Assembly (NCBI GenBank): GCA_963765205.1
Contig: CAVXVB010000008.1
Span: 352,001-416,000, forward strand
Direction: 5' to 3'
DNA length: 64,000 nt
Origin: an uncultured Verrucomicrobiae bacterium
GTDB taxonomy: Bacteria > Verrucomicrobiota > Verrucomicrobiia > Opitutales > JABDGR01
The position numbers and the translations under genes are program-made. Each line of letters starts with the position of its first letter. Position 1 is the stretch's first letter. Below are positions 10,112 to 19,880 of the stretch, piece after piece. The notes beneath the pieces are model-generated. The model saw only the letters and a list, made by a program, of their open reading frames with translations, was not told the origin of the DNA and made no database searches.

Positions 10112-10170
10112 AAATCGTTGCCGTCTCTAAACTTGAGCGTTGAACGTTAAGTGTTAAACGTTGAGCGTTC
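10062..10170. repeat. Inverted arrays of 7-mer tandem repeats
   Basis: aacgctc aacgttt aacc ... ttgagcg ttgaacg ttaagtg ttaaacg ttgagcg. Confidence 0.7.
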
Positions 10171-10263
10171 AGAGGCTTCAGTTTCGGTGCACGAGTAAAG
10201 TTTGATGACGCACGAGCCAACCCAGCCCACCAAAGCCCCCGACCATCTATAACGGAAAATGCC

Positions 10264-10734
10264 CTAGAAATGCAGTTGGCCGGCGGCGAGGGCCTGAGCG
10301 ACGACCAGAATCCACATCAGGAGGCAGTTGAGCAGGCTGAGGAACACGGCCGCGCTGCCCATGTCCTTGGCGCGCTTGGCAAAGGGGTGGCGCTGCTGCT
10401 GCGCGGCCAGGTCCACGCACCACTCGACGGCGGAATTGAGCAGCTCCACAATCAGCACGAGCAGGACGCTGCCGATCATGAGCGCTTTGCCGAGGATGTC
10501 GACGGGGAGGAAAACCGCGACGGGCATCAAAAACATCGCGAGGTAAATTTCCTGGCGGAAGGCCTCCTCGTGCTTGTAGGCCGAGCCGAAGCCCTCCATT
10601 GAATAAAAAAAAGCGTTGACGACGCGCCGCATTCCCAGCGCGGTGGCTTTCGTGTCGGACAGCACCGCTGGGCCGGAGGCGGCGGGCGGGACCGGTGTTG
10701 CCGGGGCGGTCTCTTTTTCGAGGGGAATGGGCAT
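10264..10734 (-). CDS. dgkA: Diacylglycerol kinase
   Basis: AFFYSMEGF..AYKHEEAFRQE, LIVELLNSAVEWCVD, HPFAKRAKDMGSAAVF. Confidence 0.93.
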   Translation of the reverse strand: MPIPLEKETAPATPVPPAASGPAVLSDTKATALGMRRVVNAFFYSMEGFGSAYKHEEAFRQEIYLAMFLMPVAVFLPVDILGKALMIGSVLLVLIVELLNSAVEWCVDLAAQQQRHPFAKRAKDMGSAAVFLSLLNCLLMWILVVAQALAAGQLHF

Positions 10735-10830
10735 GATGAGTTTGTAACAATTTCGACACATGACATTATCAAACCCATGGTGGCCCGCAATGCGAAAGCG
10801 CAAACGAAAAAATTGAACTTGAAATAAGAC

Positions 10831-13800
10831 CTACTTGATCAACGCCCGGGGAAAGGAGAATTGATAAGAGCCGGCGGCGAGGGGGAGGCTGGTGGTCGGC
10901 GCATCGGCGGCGGCCAGCGGCCGGTCGCCTTGTTTCACGCTTTGCGTGGGGAACGGCAGCGTGAGCGTGGCCGAGGAATTCGGCGGGACGGTCACGTCGT
11001 AAACCATTTGGTCGCCTTCGACGTGCCAGTAGGAAGAAATTTTGCCGTAAGCTGAATCAATCGAGGACTTGACGTGGGTCAGGTTGTTGGTGAATTGCGG
11101 CGCAAACAAGAAATGTTTGTAGCCCGGGCTGGCGTCGTCGAGCTGGATGCCGGCGGCGGCGGAATAGAACCAGTAGCCGACCTCGCCTTCGGAATAGTGG
11201 TTGAAGGAATTTTCACTGGAGTCCATGAAACCACGTTCGGGCGTCCACCCGTCCCAGTGCTCCCAAATGGTCGTCGCGCCGTTTTTGACCTCGAACAGCC
11301 ACGAGGGGAAAGTGTCGGTGAAAACGAGTTTCCACGCGATGTCCGAGTGTCCGATGGTGGTCAACGCCGGACAAATCCACGCGCAGCCGACGAAGCCGGT
11401 GCTGAGGTGATCGTAGCGCGCGATGTTGTCGAGGAATTTTTGGGCAACGACCGCGCGGAGGTTATCGGGCACCAGATTGAACTGGATGGCCAGAGCGTAG
11501 GCCGTCTGGGTGTCGCTGGTGACGGTGCCGTCAGGGGAAAGGTAGGCGTCGTCGAACGCTTGGACGGCGGCTTGGTAGAGTTTTTCGTAGCCTGTGGCAT
11601 CATCCGTGCGGCCGAGGGCGGCGGCGGACTTGGCGAGGATGCGGATGGAATTAGCGTAATAAGCCGTGTCGTAAACAGCGGTGCCTCCACGCGCGCCGAA
11701 AGCGCCGCCGCCAAACCCGCCGCCCGCCCCGCCCACGCCACGCGCACCCGCGCCGCGTGCACCCGTCGCGGCCGCTCGCGGCCGCCGCAGCCGCGCCCGG
11801 GCCAACGCCCGTCATGACGGGGGCTAGGTTGTCGCCCACGCCACCGCTGACGAGCAAGGTGGGATATTTGTTATATTGGAAGGTAATCCAACGCGCCATG
11901 TTCGAGTAATTGTCGGCGAGGAATTTTTTGTCGCCGTAAGTTTGATACATCACCCACGGCACAATGACGCCGGCATCGCCCCAGATGGCGTAGCAGTTGT
12001 TGTTGGCGGCGGTGTTTTGGTTGGCGACCGGTGAAACTGCGGTGAAGCCGCCTTCGGGCGACTGGGAATCGTCCACGTCCACCATCCATTTCTGGAAAAA
12101 GGAGGCGACATCGGCGTCGAGGGCGGCGGTGGGAGAGAAAATTTCCGCGTCACCCATCCAGCCGAGGCGTTCGTCGCGCTGCGGGCAGTCGGTCGGAATG
12201 CTGAGGAAATTGCCGCGCTGGCTCCATTGGATGTTGGAGAAGATCTGGTTGACCCGGGGGTCGGAGCTTTCCCAAGTGCCGGTCATGGGCACGTCAGAGC
12301 CAACCACGATGCCACGGATGTTGTCCACCGTCAGTTCGCCGGGATAACCCTGGATGAGGGCATAGCGGAAGCCGTGGAAGGTGAAGCGCGGCTCGAAGGT
12401 TTCGACGCCGCCGCCCTTAAGCACGAATTCGTCCAGCGAAATAGCCGGGCGGAGGTTTTCGTTGTAAAGCGTGCCGTCGGTATTGAGCATTTCGCCGTGG
12501 CTAACCTTGATGACCGAGCCGGCCGAGCCGCTCACCGAGAGGCGGATATGGCCGACCATGTTCTGCCCGAAGTCCACCAGCCACAAGTTGCCCTGGCGGG
12601 TGATTTTCTTCGGCGTCAGTTCCATCAACTGGCGTACGGCCGGCCCTCGTTGCGGATCAAGGGCCACCGCGCTGTGGTCCTCGACTGCAACCGGAGACCA
12701 GGCGGCGTCATTGAAATCAGGCTGGTCGAAGGCCACCGCGTTGTGGTCGTCCATGACTTCGCCAAGTTGCTCGTCCGCGCCGGTGATCTCGCCCGGGCCG
12801 CCCTTCCAGGTGTTGTCCGTGGCGATCACATCCTTGGTGCCGTCCGCGTAAGTAATTTCCAACTGGGCATTGAAGGAGGGATGGTCGCTGACTTGTTTAT
12901 ATTGATAAAGGCCCATCCAACCGAGACGACCGGCAAACCAGCCATCGCCGAGCACCACGCCCAGGACATTTGGCCCAGGTTTGAGGAGTTTCGTGACATC
13001 GGTGGTCTGCACCATTACGCGCTTGTCATAGGAGGTGAACCCTGGGTCGAGCTGGTGGTCGCTCACGCGCTGGCCATCAAGGCTCGCCTCGTAAACACCG
13101 AACGCCGTCGAATACAGGCGCGCCTGGGTTACGGGGCCTTTGACGGTGAAAGTTTTGCGCAGGTAGCGTCCCGGGCCGATGGTGCTGTCGGCGCTGGCCA
13201 CCGGCTTGCTGTCAGGATACGGGCCGAGAACCGTCGCAGCGGCCCAAGTGGAGTCATCAAACTCGGGTGTCGCCCAGGAAGCGGGCGCGGGAATCGCCGT
13301 CGCGCTGGGGCCGGTGACGGTGGCCGCAGGCACGATCCCCGCCTTCCATGAGCCGTCCGTAATGATTTCGATGTGCTGGCCGTCGGCCAGGGTAATTTCC
13401 CCGTGCGCAGCGATGGCGTCGCGGCCACCGCCGCCGCGATTGTTGCGCACCCCACCGGAAAGGATGGCGAGGACATTGCGGCCCGGTTGCAGATTCTGGC
13501 CAAAGTTGGCGTGGAATGGCGCGGTGTGGCTGCTGCTGCCCTGGCGGGTTGGCTTGCCGTTGGCGTAAATGGCGATGAGACCGTCGGCGGAGACATCCAG
13601 GTTCGCGTCGAGAATTTTCGCGTCGGCGGGCAGATCAATGACCAGGCGCACGCCCGTGCCTTGGGCGGCCGTCGCGCCGCCGGTAATCCAACTGGCCTTG
13701 GCCAAGGGGGCGGCTTCGATGTCGAACCGCGGCAAATCCACGGTGATCCACTGGCCCTTCCAGTCGGTGGCGGGATTCAGCAAGCCGAGCTCGAACGAGG

Positions 13801-14188
13801 CCGGGTCGCTCCAGGCGGAGGCGACGCCGTCCTTGTCCCAGACGCGCACCTGCCAGAAAACCTGCGCGCGGGAGCCAAGCAGCTTGCCACCCCAAGGCAC
13901 CAGAACAGATTGATCGGAGGCGACCTTGCCGGAACTCCACAAATCGCCCTGGCCGGCCTTAAGCGCGGAGGCGGTCGAGGCGGCGCGGATTTCGTAGGCG
14001 GTTTGCGCTTCGCCCTGGCGGTCGGACAGCAATTTCCACGAAAGCCGCGGGGCCGTATCACCGATGCCAATGGGATTTTGCTGGTGTTCAGTGGAGAGAG
14101 CGCCGAGGCGCACGGGGGAAACAGTCTGCGCCACAAGGGGGCCAGCCAGAACGAAGAGCAACGAAAGAAAAACAGCGCGGGTTTTCAT
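10831..14188 (-). CDS. Secreted GH78 alpha-L-rhamnosidase, split by one frameshift near 11776
   Basis: Signal peptide; PRLSW, DFGQNMVG, PRFTFHGFRY, PTDCPQRDERLGWMGD in ORF 11651-14218; STGFVG, GATTIWEHWD, NSFNHYS in ORF 10831-11805. Confidence 0.9.
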
Positions 14189-14359
14189 GGGGTATCCTTG
14201 GGGTAGGGGGTGAGGCAACTATAAGGTCAGAATAGCGCCAATGACAAAGCCCAAAATTATGCGCCGTGCACGTCTCCTTCCTGATACTTGCCATGACCCG
14301 GCCCAAGTGTCAGCCTTGACAGCCTACCCTGGTTCGGTTCTCCCCCACCCCGCCCCAAA

Positions 14360-17131
14360 ATGAAAATATCCCTGTATTCCACGGTGTTTGCTTTTTTCCT
14401 GGTGACGGTTGGTCTGGCCTCTGCCGCCGTCACGCCCGTCGCATTGCGCTGCAATGGGCTGGCCAACCCGCTGGGTGTGGATTCTCCGATTCCACATCTC
14501 ACATGGCTCCTGGACAATGACCAGCCGGCCGCGCGCGGCATCAAACAAACGGCCTACCAAATTTTGGTGGCCTCGACGCCGGAACTGCTCGCGCAAGACC
14601 GAGGCGACCTCTGGGATAGCGGCAAAATCGCGTCCGATCAATCGTTGGAGATTGCGTATGCGGGCCGCGCGCTGCCCACGCTGGCCGATGCGTTTTGGAA
14701 AGTGCGCGTGTGGGACCAGGACCAAAAGCCCTCCTCCTGGAGCACACCCGCGCGGTGGACGATGGGGTTGCTCGCGCCGGCGGATTGGCACGCGCAGTGG
14801 ATTGGGCGCGACGATCCCGCGCCGACCGCGAACGTCGCCACGCCCGCGCGCTGGCTGCGCAAGGAATTCACGACGGGCAAGCCGTTGCGGCGCGCGCTGG
14901 TTTCGTTCGCGGGGTTGGGCACGTCGGAATTGTATGTCAACGGCGTGAAGGCCGGCGACGCGGTGCTCTCGCCCGCGCTCAGCGATTACACGCAGCGGGT
15001 TTATTACGTGACGTATGACATTCTGCCGCTGCTCAAAACGGGCGCGAACGCCCTTGGCGTCGTGTTGGGCAACGGGCGTTTTTATGCGCCGCGCGTCGTG
15101 GGGCGCAACGGGCTGACCACCTATGGCTGGCCCAAGCTTATTTTGCAACTGCACTTGGAATACCAGGACGGCTCGACCGCGGAAGTGGTGAGCGATGAGT
15201 CGTGGAAATTCACCGATGCGGGGCCGATCCGCGCCGACAACGAATACGACGGCGAGGATTACGACGCGCGCGCGGAGATGCCCGGCTGGGCCGCGCCCGG
15301 GTTCGATGACTCGAAATGGACCGCGGCGAGCCTGGCCAACGCGCCCGGCGGCCAGCTCGAAGTGCAGGACATTGCGCCGATCCGTATCACCGGCGTGCTC
15401 GCGCCCGTCTCGGTCAAGGAAGTTTCGCCCGGCGTGTTCGTTTACGACCTGGGCCAAAACATGGTGGGCTGGTGCCGATTGATCGTCAACGGGCCGGCGG
15501 GCACGAAGGTGACGATGCGTTTCGCCGAACGATTGCACGACGATGGCACGGTGAGCATGGAAAATCTGCGCACCGCGCAGGCGGCGGACCATTACACGCT
15601 CAAGGGCGGCGGCGTGGAGACGTGGGAACCGCGCTTCACCTACCACGGGTTCCGCTACGTCGAGGTCACCGGCTACCCGGGGACGCCGCCGCTCAGCGCG
15701 CTCGAGGGTCACATCGTCAACGACGACCTGGAGAAAACCGGTGAATTCACCACATCGAATCCGCTGCTGAACAAAATTTACGAGAGCGTGGTCTGGGGCG
15801 TGCGCGGCAACTACCGCTCGATGCCGACGGACTGCCCGCAGCGCGACGAACGCCAGGGCTGGCTGGGCGACCGCGCGGCGGAGTCCCTCGGCGAAATGTT
15901 CATTTTCGACAACCACCTGCTCTACCAAAAATGGTTGCGGGATATCACGGACGCACAACAGCCCAACGGCAGCGTCCCGGCCGTCGCGCCGGCGTTCTGG
16001 AAGGTTTACAACGACGACGTGACGTGGCCGAGCGCGCTGCTCCTGATCCCCAACAGCCTGCGCGAGCAATTCGGCGAGGATGCGCCCATCGCGCGCGCCT
16101 ACCCGGCGATGGTGAAATGGATTGACCACATGAGCACATTCATCGCCGACGGCCTCATGCCGAAGGACAAATACGGCGACTGGTGCATGCCGCCCGAGGA
16201 TTTGAAAATCATCCACAGCACCGACCCCGCGCGCCTGACCGCCGGCCCGTTGCTGGGCACGGCGTATTTTTATCACGACCTCGGCCTGATGAGCGATTAC
16301 GCCCGGCGCCTCGGCCAGCCCGGCGACGGGCAGCGCTTCGACGCGCTCGCGGCCACGTTGAAGGCCGGCTTGAATGCGAAATACCTGAATCCGACCACCC
16401 ACCAATACGACAATGGCACGCAGACTTCGAGCGTGTTGCCGCTGGCGTTTGGGATGGTGCCCGATGATCAACGCACGGGCGTCATGGCCAACCTGGTCAA
16501 TAGCATCACCAATGTTTACCACAATCACATTGGCACGGGCCTGATTGGCGCGGCGTGGCTCAACCGGGTGCTCAATGACAATGGCCGGGCGGATTTGGCC
16601 TACGCCATTGCCACGAACCGCGATTTCCCGAGCTGGGGCTACATGATTGACCATGGCGCGACCACGATTTGGGAGCTATGGAACGGCGACACGGCGGACG
16701 TGCAGATGAACTCCGGCAACCACGTCATGCTGGTCGGCGATTTGGTCATCTGGCTCTACCAGGATTTGGCGGGCATCCGCTCCGACCCGGCACAGCCAGG
16801 CTTCAAAAACATCTTGATGCAGCCCACCTTGGTTGACGGTCTCTCCTCGGTCAAAGCCTCGCACCGCTCGCCGTATGGTCTGATCGAGAGCGAATGGCAC
16901 AAGGACGGCACGACTTTCCACTGGCACATCACCGTGCCGCCCAACAGCACGGCGACAATTTGCGTGCCCTCCTATTCGCCCATCACCCCCGCCAATGCGC
17001 CTGACAGCGTACAGGAGGGGGGCCATGCCACCGCCACCAGTCCCGGCGTGAAATTTCTCCACGTCACACCCGGCTATGCCGTTTACCAGCTTGATTCGGG
17101 CACTTATGAATTTCAATCAACCAGCCTATAA
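14360..17131 (+). CDS. Secreted GH78 alpha-L-rhamnosidase
   Basis: Signal peptide; DLWDSGK, DLGQNMVG, PRFTYHGFRY, PTDCPQRDERQGWLGD, YGDWC, GATTIWELWNG, MNSGNHVM. Confidence 0.94.
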   Translation: MKISLYSTVFAFFLVTVGLASAAVTPVALRCNGLANPLGVDSPIPHLTWLLDNDQPAARGIKQTAYQILVASTPELLAQDRGDLWDSGKIASDQSLEIAYAGRALPTLADAFWKVRVWDQDQKPSSWSTPARWTMGLLAPADWHAQWIGRDDPAPTANVATPARWLRKEFTTGKPLRRALVSFAGLGTSELYVNGVKAGDAVLSPALSDYTQRVYYVTYDILPLLKTGANALGVVLGNGRFYAPRVVGRNGLTTYGWPKLILQLHLEYQDGSTAEVVSDESWKFTDAGPIRADNEYDGEDYDARAEMPGWAAPGFDDSKWTAASLANAPGGQLEVQDIAPIRITGVLAPVSVKEVSPGVFVYDLGQNMVGWCRLIVNGPAGTKVTMRFAERLHDDGTVSMENLRTAQAADHYTLKGGGVETWEPRFTYHGFRYVEVTGYPGTPPLSALEGHIVNDDLEKTGEFTTSNPLLNKIYESVVWGVRGNYRSMPTDCPQRDERQGWLGDRAAESLGEMFIFDNHLLYQKWLRDITDAQQPNGSVPAVAPAFWKVYNDDVTWPSALLLIPNSLREQFGEDAPIARAYPAMVKWIDHMSTFIADGLMPKDKYGDWCMPPEDLKIIHSTDPARLTAGPLLGTAYFYHDLGLMSDYARRLGQPGDGQRFDALAATLKAGLNAKYLNPTTHQYDNGTQTSSVLPLAFGMVPDDQRTGVMANLVNSITNVYHNHIGTGLIGAAWLNRVLNDNGRADLAYAIATNRDFPSWGYMIDHGATTIWELWNGDTADVQMNSGNHVMLVGDLVIWLYQDLAGIRSDPAQPGFKNILMQPTLVDGLSSVKASHRSPYGLIESEWHKDGTTFHWHITVPPNSTATICVPSYSPITPANAPDSVQEGGHATATSPGVKFLHVTPGYAVYQLDSGTYEFQSTSL

Positions 17132-17135
17132 AATC

Positions 17136-17648
17136 ATGAAAGCCGCCATTCACCAAGCCGCCCTGCTTGTTCTTTTTGCGGGTGCCGCGCTCGCCCTCGG
17201 CGCGTGCGCGCAGACGCCCGCGCCGACCGCGGCCGATACCATCACCGCGAAAACCCCGCTGGCTTCGATGGTCATTGACACCAACGCGCTGCCGGTCGAA
17301 ACCACCGCTTTTGGCCTGCACCGCACCGTCTTCAACGGCCCAACCCAGACGCTGAACAATTTCGAAAGCCACATTACGACCGTCAACCCCGGCCAGCAGG
17401 CGCACGCGCCGCACACGCACGGCAACGAGGAAATGCTGATTGTGAAAGACGGCACGCTGGACGTGACGATCAAAGGCCGCACTTACACCGCCGGGCCGGG
17501 CGCGATCATTTTTTATGAATCCAACGACCTCCACGGCACCCACAACTCCGGCACCGTGCCGGTGACGTATTACGTTTTCTCGTGGGTCACGGACAAAACG
17601 CCCGCGACCATCCCGCCGCCCGGCGGCGAGCCGACGGCGGCGAAATAG
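17136..17648 (+). CDS. Exported cupin-domain protein
   Basis: Signal peptide; HAPHTHGNEEMLIVKDG...G.....SNDLHG cupin motifs. Confidence 0.85.
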   Translation: MKAAIHQAALLVLFAGAALALGACAQTPAPTAADTITAKTPLASMVIDTNALPVETTAFGLHRTVFNGPTQTLNNFESHITTVNPGQQAHAPHTHGNEEMLIVKDGTLDVTIKGRTYTAGPGAIIFYESNDLHGTHNSGTVPVTYYVFSWVTDKTPATIPPPGGEPTAAK

Positions 17649-17660
17649 GGCCGGTCGGCG

Positions 17661-19052
17661 TCAAGCGGTTGAATCCGGCGGCGGCCTTGTGCGCGGTATG
17701 AAAATCGCGTGCATAATAATGAATCCCAGGCAGATTGCCACCATGGCGCCGATGAAGAGAACCGAGTGATGCAGGCCACCCAAGATGGTGGTAAAAAGCA
17801 CGAGGTAAGCGACCCAGCCGGCGGCGCGGACGGCAATTTTCAAGCGGTCGGGGTCGCCCAACCCGGCCAGCCGGGCGAAGATCAGCCCCGCCAAGGTGAG
17901 GCCGAGGAAAATCAGGGTGCTTTTCGGATAATGCTGCACGATGAAAAATAAGGCCACGATCACTGCAAAAGACACGGTTTGTTTTACTCCCAGCACGAGA
18001 AAAGTTTTGATTTTCCATGGTTTGGGGCTGTTCCAAACAGTCGCCACAATCAGGCCAACGGCGATTAAGACCCAAGGCACAAAGTCAGATACACTGATGT
18101 GTGTATCCTGATTTTGATGATGCTCTTCCCATGACGCACCCCAAATACCACCAAAACATAGGAGAATCAGCATCACTCTAACGAGCGGTTTTCCGAGCCC
18201 GGTCTTCTCAATCCACTCCTTTTGCCTCTCCTTCGGACGCGCGCTTTTAATACTGTCCTGCATGACGGTGTATAAACCGGCGAGAAGGACAATAAGGGGC
18301 CAGACGAGCACCCCAAGCCAGCCCAGTATTCCCGTGGCCTTGGCCGCAGTCGCGGCTTTGGCGGCTGCGGTGGCCACGGTCGCTGTCTTGATGGCGCTGC
18401 CGGTCGCAATCGGCAGGGCCGCCATCACCTGCGAAGTAAATACGGGGCCGGGATTGGTGCGCGCGAGGGTTCCTTCGACGAAGGCCAGCACTTGTTCGTG
18501 AAGCAACTTGCGCCCGCGCGAGAGGCGTTGCTTCACGGCGTCTTCACTCAAGTCCAGCGCCGCAGCCACGCTTGCGATGGATTGGTTTTGACGATAAAAG
18601 AGGATCAGGGGTTCGCGGTAGAGTTCGGGAATGTTTTCCATCTCGCGCCACAAGATGGTTTCTTCGTCGCGTTGGATGGCGAGGGCAGAGGGCGAAGGCT
18701 CGGGCGCCGCGTGGGAGCCGGCGGCGTCGAGAGCCTCGGCGGCCTGGGTTGGTTCGCGGCCCTGCTCACGCCGTAAACTATGAATGCGGTTGCGGACAAT
18801 TTCACACAGCCAGGCGCGCAGTTTCGCGGGTTCACGCAAGTCGGCCAAATGCCGCCAGGCGGCGACGAAAGTTTCCTGCGCGAGGTCTTCGCTCTGCGCC
18901 AGATTGCCGACGCCACTGTAGGCCAGCGCGCAAATGAGAGACTGGTAGCGCGCCACGATCCGGGCGAAGGCATCGCGGTCGCCCATCCGGCAAAGGACGA
19001 CCAGTTCGGCGTCGCTCTGGTCGGCCTCAAGGAGGGCGTGGTTGGCATTCAT
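17661..19052 (-). CDS. ECF sigma-70 factor fused to a multi-TM C-terminal extension
   Basis: SDAELV..C..GDRDAF..IVARYQ, SEDLAQETF..AW, LRAWL (region 2); PELYREPLILFY...SIASVAAALDLSEDAVKQRLSRGR (region 4); then several hydrophobic helices. Confidence 0.88.
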   Translation of the reverse strand: MNANHALLEADQSDAELVVLCRMGDRDAFARIVARYQSLICALAYSGVGNLAQSEDLAQETFVAAWRHLADLREPAKLRAWLCEIVRNRIHSLRREQGREPTQAAEALDAAGSHAAPEPSPSALAIQRDEETILWREMENIPELYREPLILFYRQNQSIASVAAALDLSEDAVKQRLSRGRKLLHEQVLAFVEGTLARTNPGPVFTSQVMAALPIATGSAIKTATVATAAAKAATAAKATGILGWLGVLVWPLIVLLAGLYTVMQDSIKSARPKERQKEWIEKTGLGKPLVRVMLILLCFGGIWGASWEEHHQNQDTHISVSDFVPWVLIAVGLIVATVWNSPKPWKIKTFLVLGVKQTVSFAVIVALFFIVQHYPKSTLIFLGLTLAGLIFARLAGLGDPDRLKIAVRAAGWVAYLVLFTTILGGLHHSVLFIGAMVAICLGFIIMHAIFIPRTRPPPDSTA

Positions 19053-19149
19053 GTCAAACAAGGAGAGTCGCATTGGCCCGTTCCGGTGACAAGAATTCGC
19101 GCATTCCGGCATTTGACAAAGCTAATTTGTGCGTGCTAATATTTCCTCC

Positions 19150-19329
19150 ATGTCCGTGCTTACCGCCAAAATGAGCAAGGCCAGCCGAGGCAAAGTCCCG
19201 ACCGGCGGGCGGAAGCGTGCGCACACCAAGGCTGAACCGAAGACGCGGCAGGCGGAGACAAAAGCGTTCAACAAGGTTTTGGACGAGGTCATCCGCGATT
19301 ACTCCACCACCTTGCGAAATTTGGCATGA
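19150..19329 (+). CDS. Small putative antitoxin upstream of doc
   Basis: 59 aa ending FNKVLDEVIRDYSTTLRNLA, like Phd-type C-terminal helices; ATGA overlap with the doc start. Confidence 0.65.
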   Translation: MSVLTAKMSKASRGKVPTGGRKRAHTKAEPKTRQAETKAFNKVLDEVIRDYSTTLRNLA

Positions 19330-19721
19330 AAACGCCCAACGACTGCGTCCACCTCACGGTGGGCCAAGTCCGGGCGATTCACCAGCGCGTGCTGCGCGAA
19401 TTTGGCGGCAGCGATGGCGTGAGGGAACCGGGACTTTTGGAATCTGCCACGCTCGCCCCCCAGGCGACCTTTGGCGGGCAATCCGTTTATGCCGACCTCC
19501 CGGAAGTGGCGGCGGCGTATTTGGTCGGTCTGTGCAAAAATCCTCCGTTCGTGGACGGGAACAAGCGCACCGCCTTGGCGACTTGCCTGGCCTTTCTCAA
19601 GCTGAATGGCGCAGCGCCCTCACCAGACCAGCCCGCCTGGGAGCAACTCACCCTGGAGGTCGCGGCGGGAAAAATTGACCGCGACCAAACCGCCGCACGG
19701 CTGCGGGCGTTGGTGGCCTGA
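19326..19721 (+). CDS. doc: Doc/Fic family toxin with the catalytic His replaced by Pro
   Basis: IHQRVL..FGGSDGVREPGLLES, AAAYL..LCKNPPFVDGNKRTA versus canonical NHPFxDGNKRTA. Confidence 0.88.
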   Translation: MKTPNDCVHLTVGQVRAIHQRVLREFGGSDGVREPGLLESATLAPQATFGGQSVYADLPEVAAAYLVGLCKNPPFVDGNKRTALATCLAFLKLNGAAPSPDQPAWEQLTLEVAAGKIDRDQTAARLRALVA

Positions 19722-19772
19722 TCACTTCGCGGATCAAACGATATTGACGTCTGTCTTGCCATGCGACTGTTT

Positions 19773-19846
19773 CGTAGCGCTGCGCTTTAGCCGGCGCTCC
19801 GGTTACGCGAATCACGAAGACGCGCTGGCTGAAGCTCAGCGCTACG
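19773..19846. repeat. GTAG-type REP doublet
   Basis: cgtagcgctgcgctttagccggcg ... cgctggctgaagctcagcgctacg, an inverted pair. Confidence 0.72.
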
Positions 19847-19880
19847 GCAATGCGTCGCTGCCCCGGCCCGGATAGCCCCT

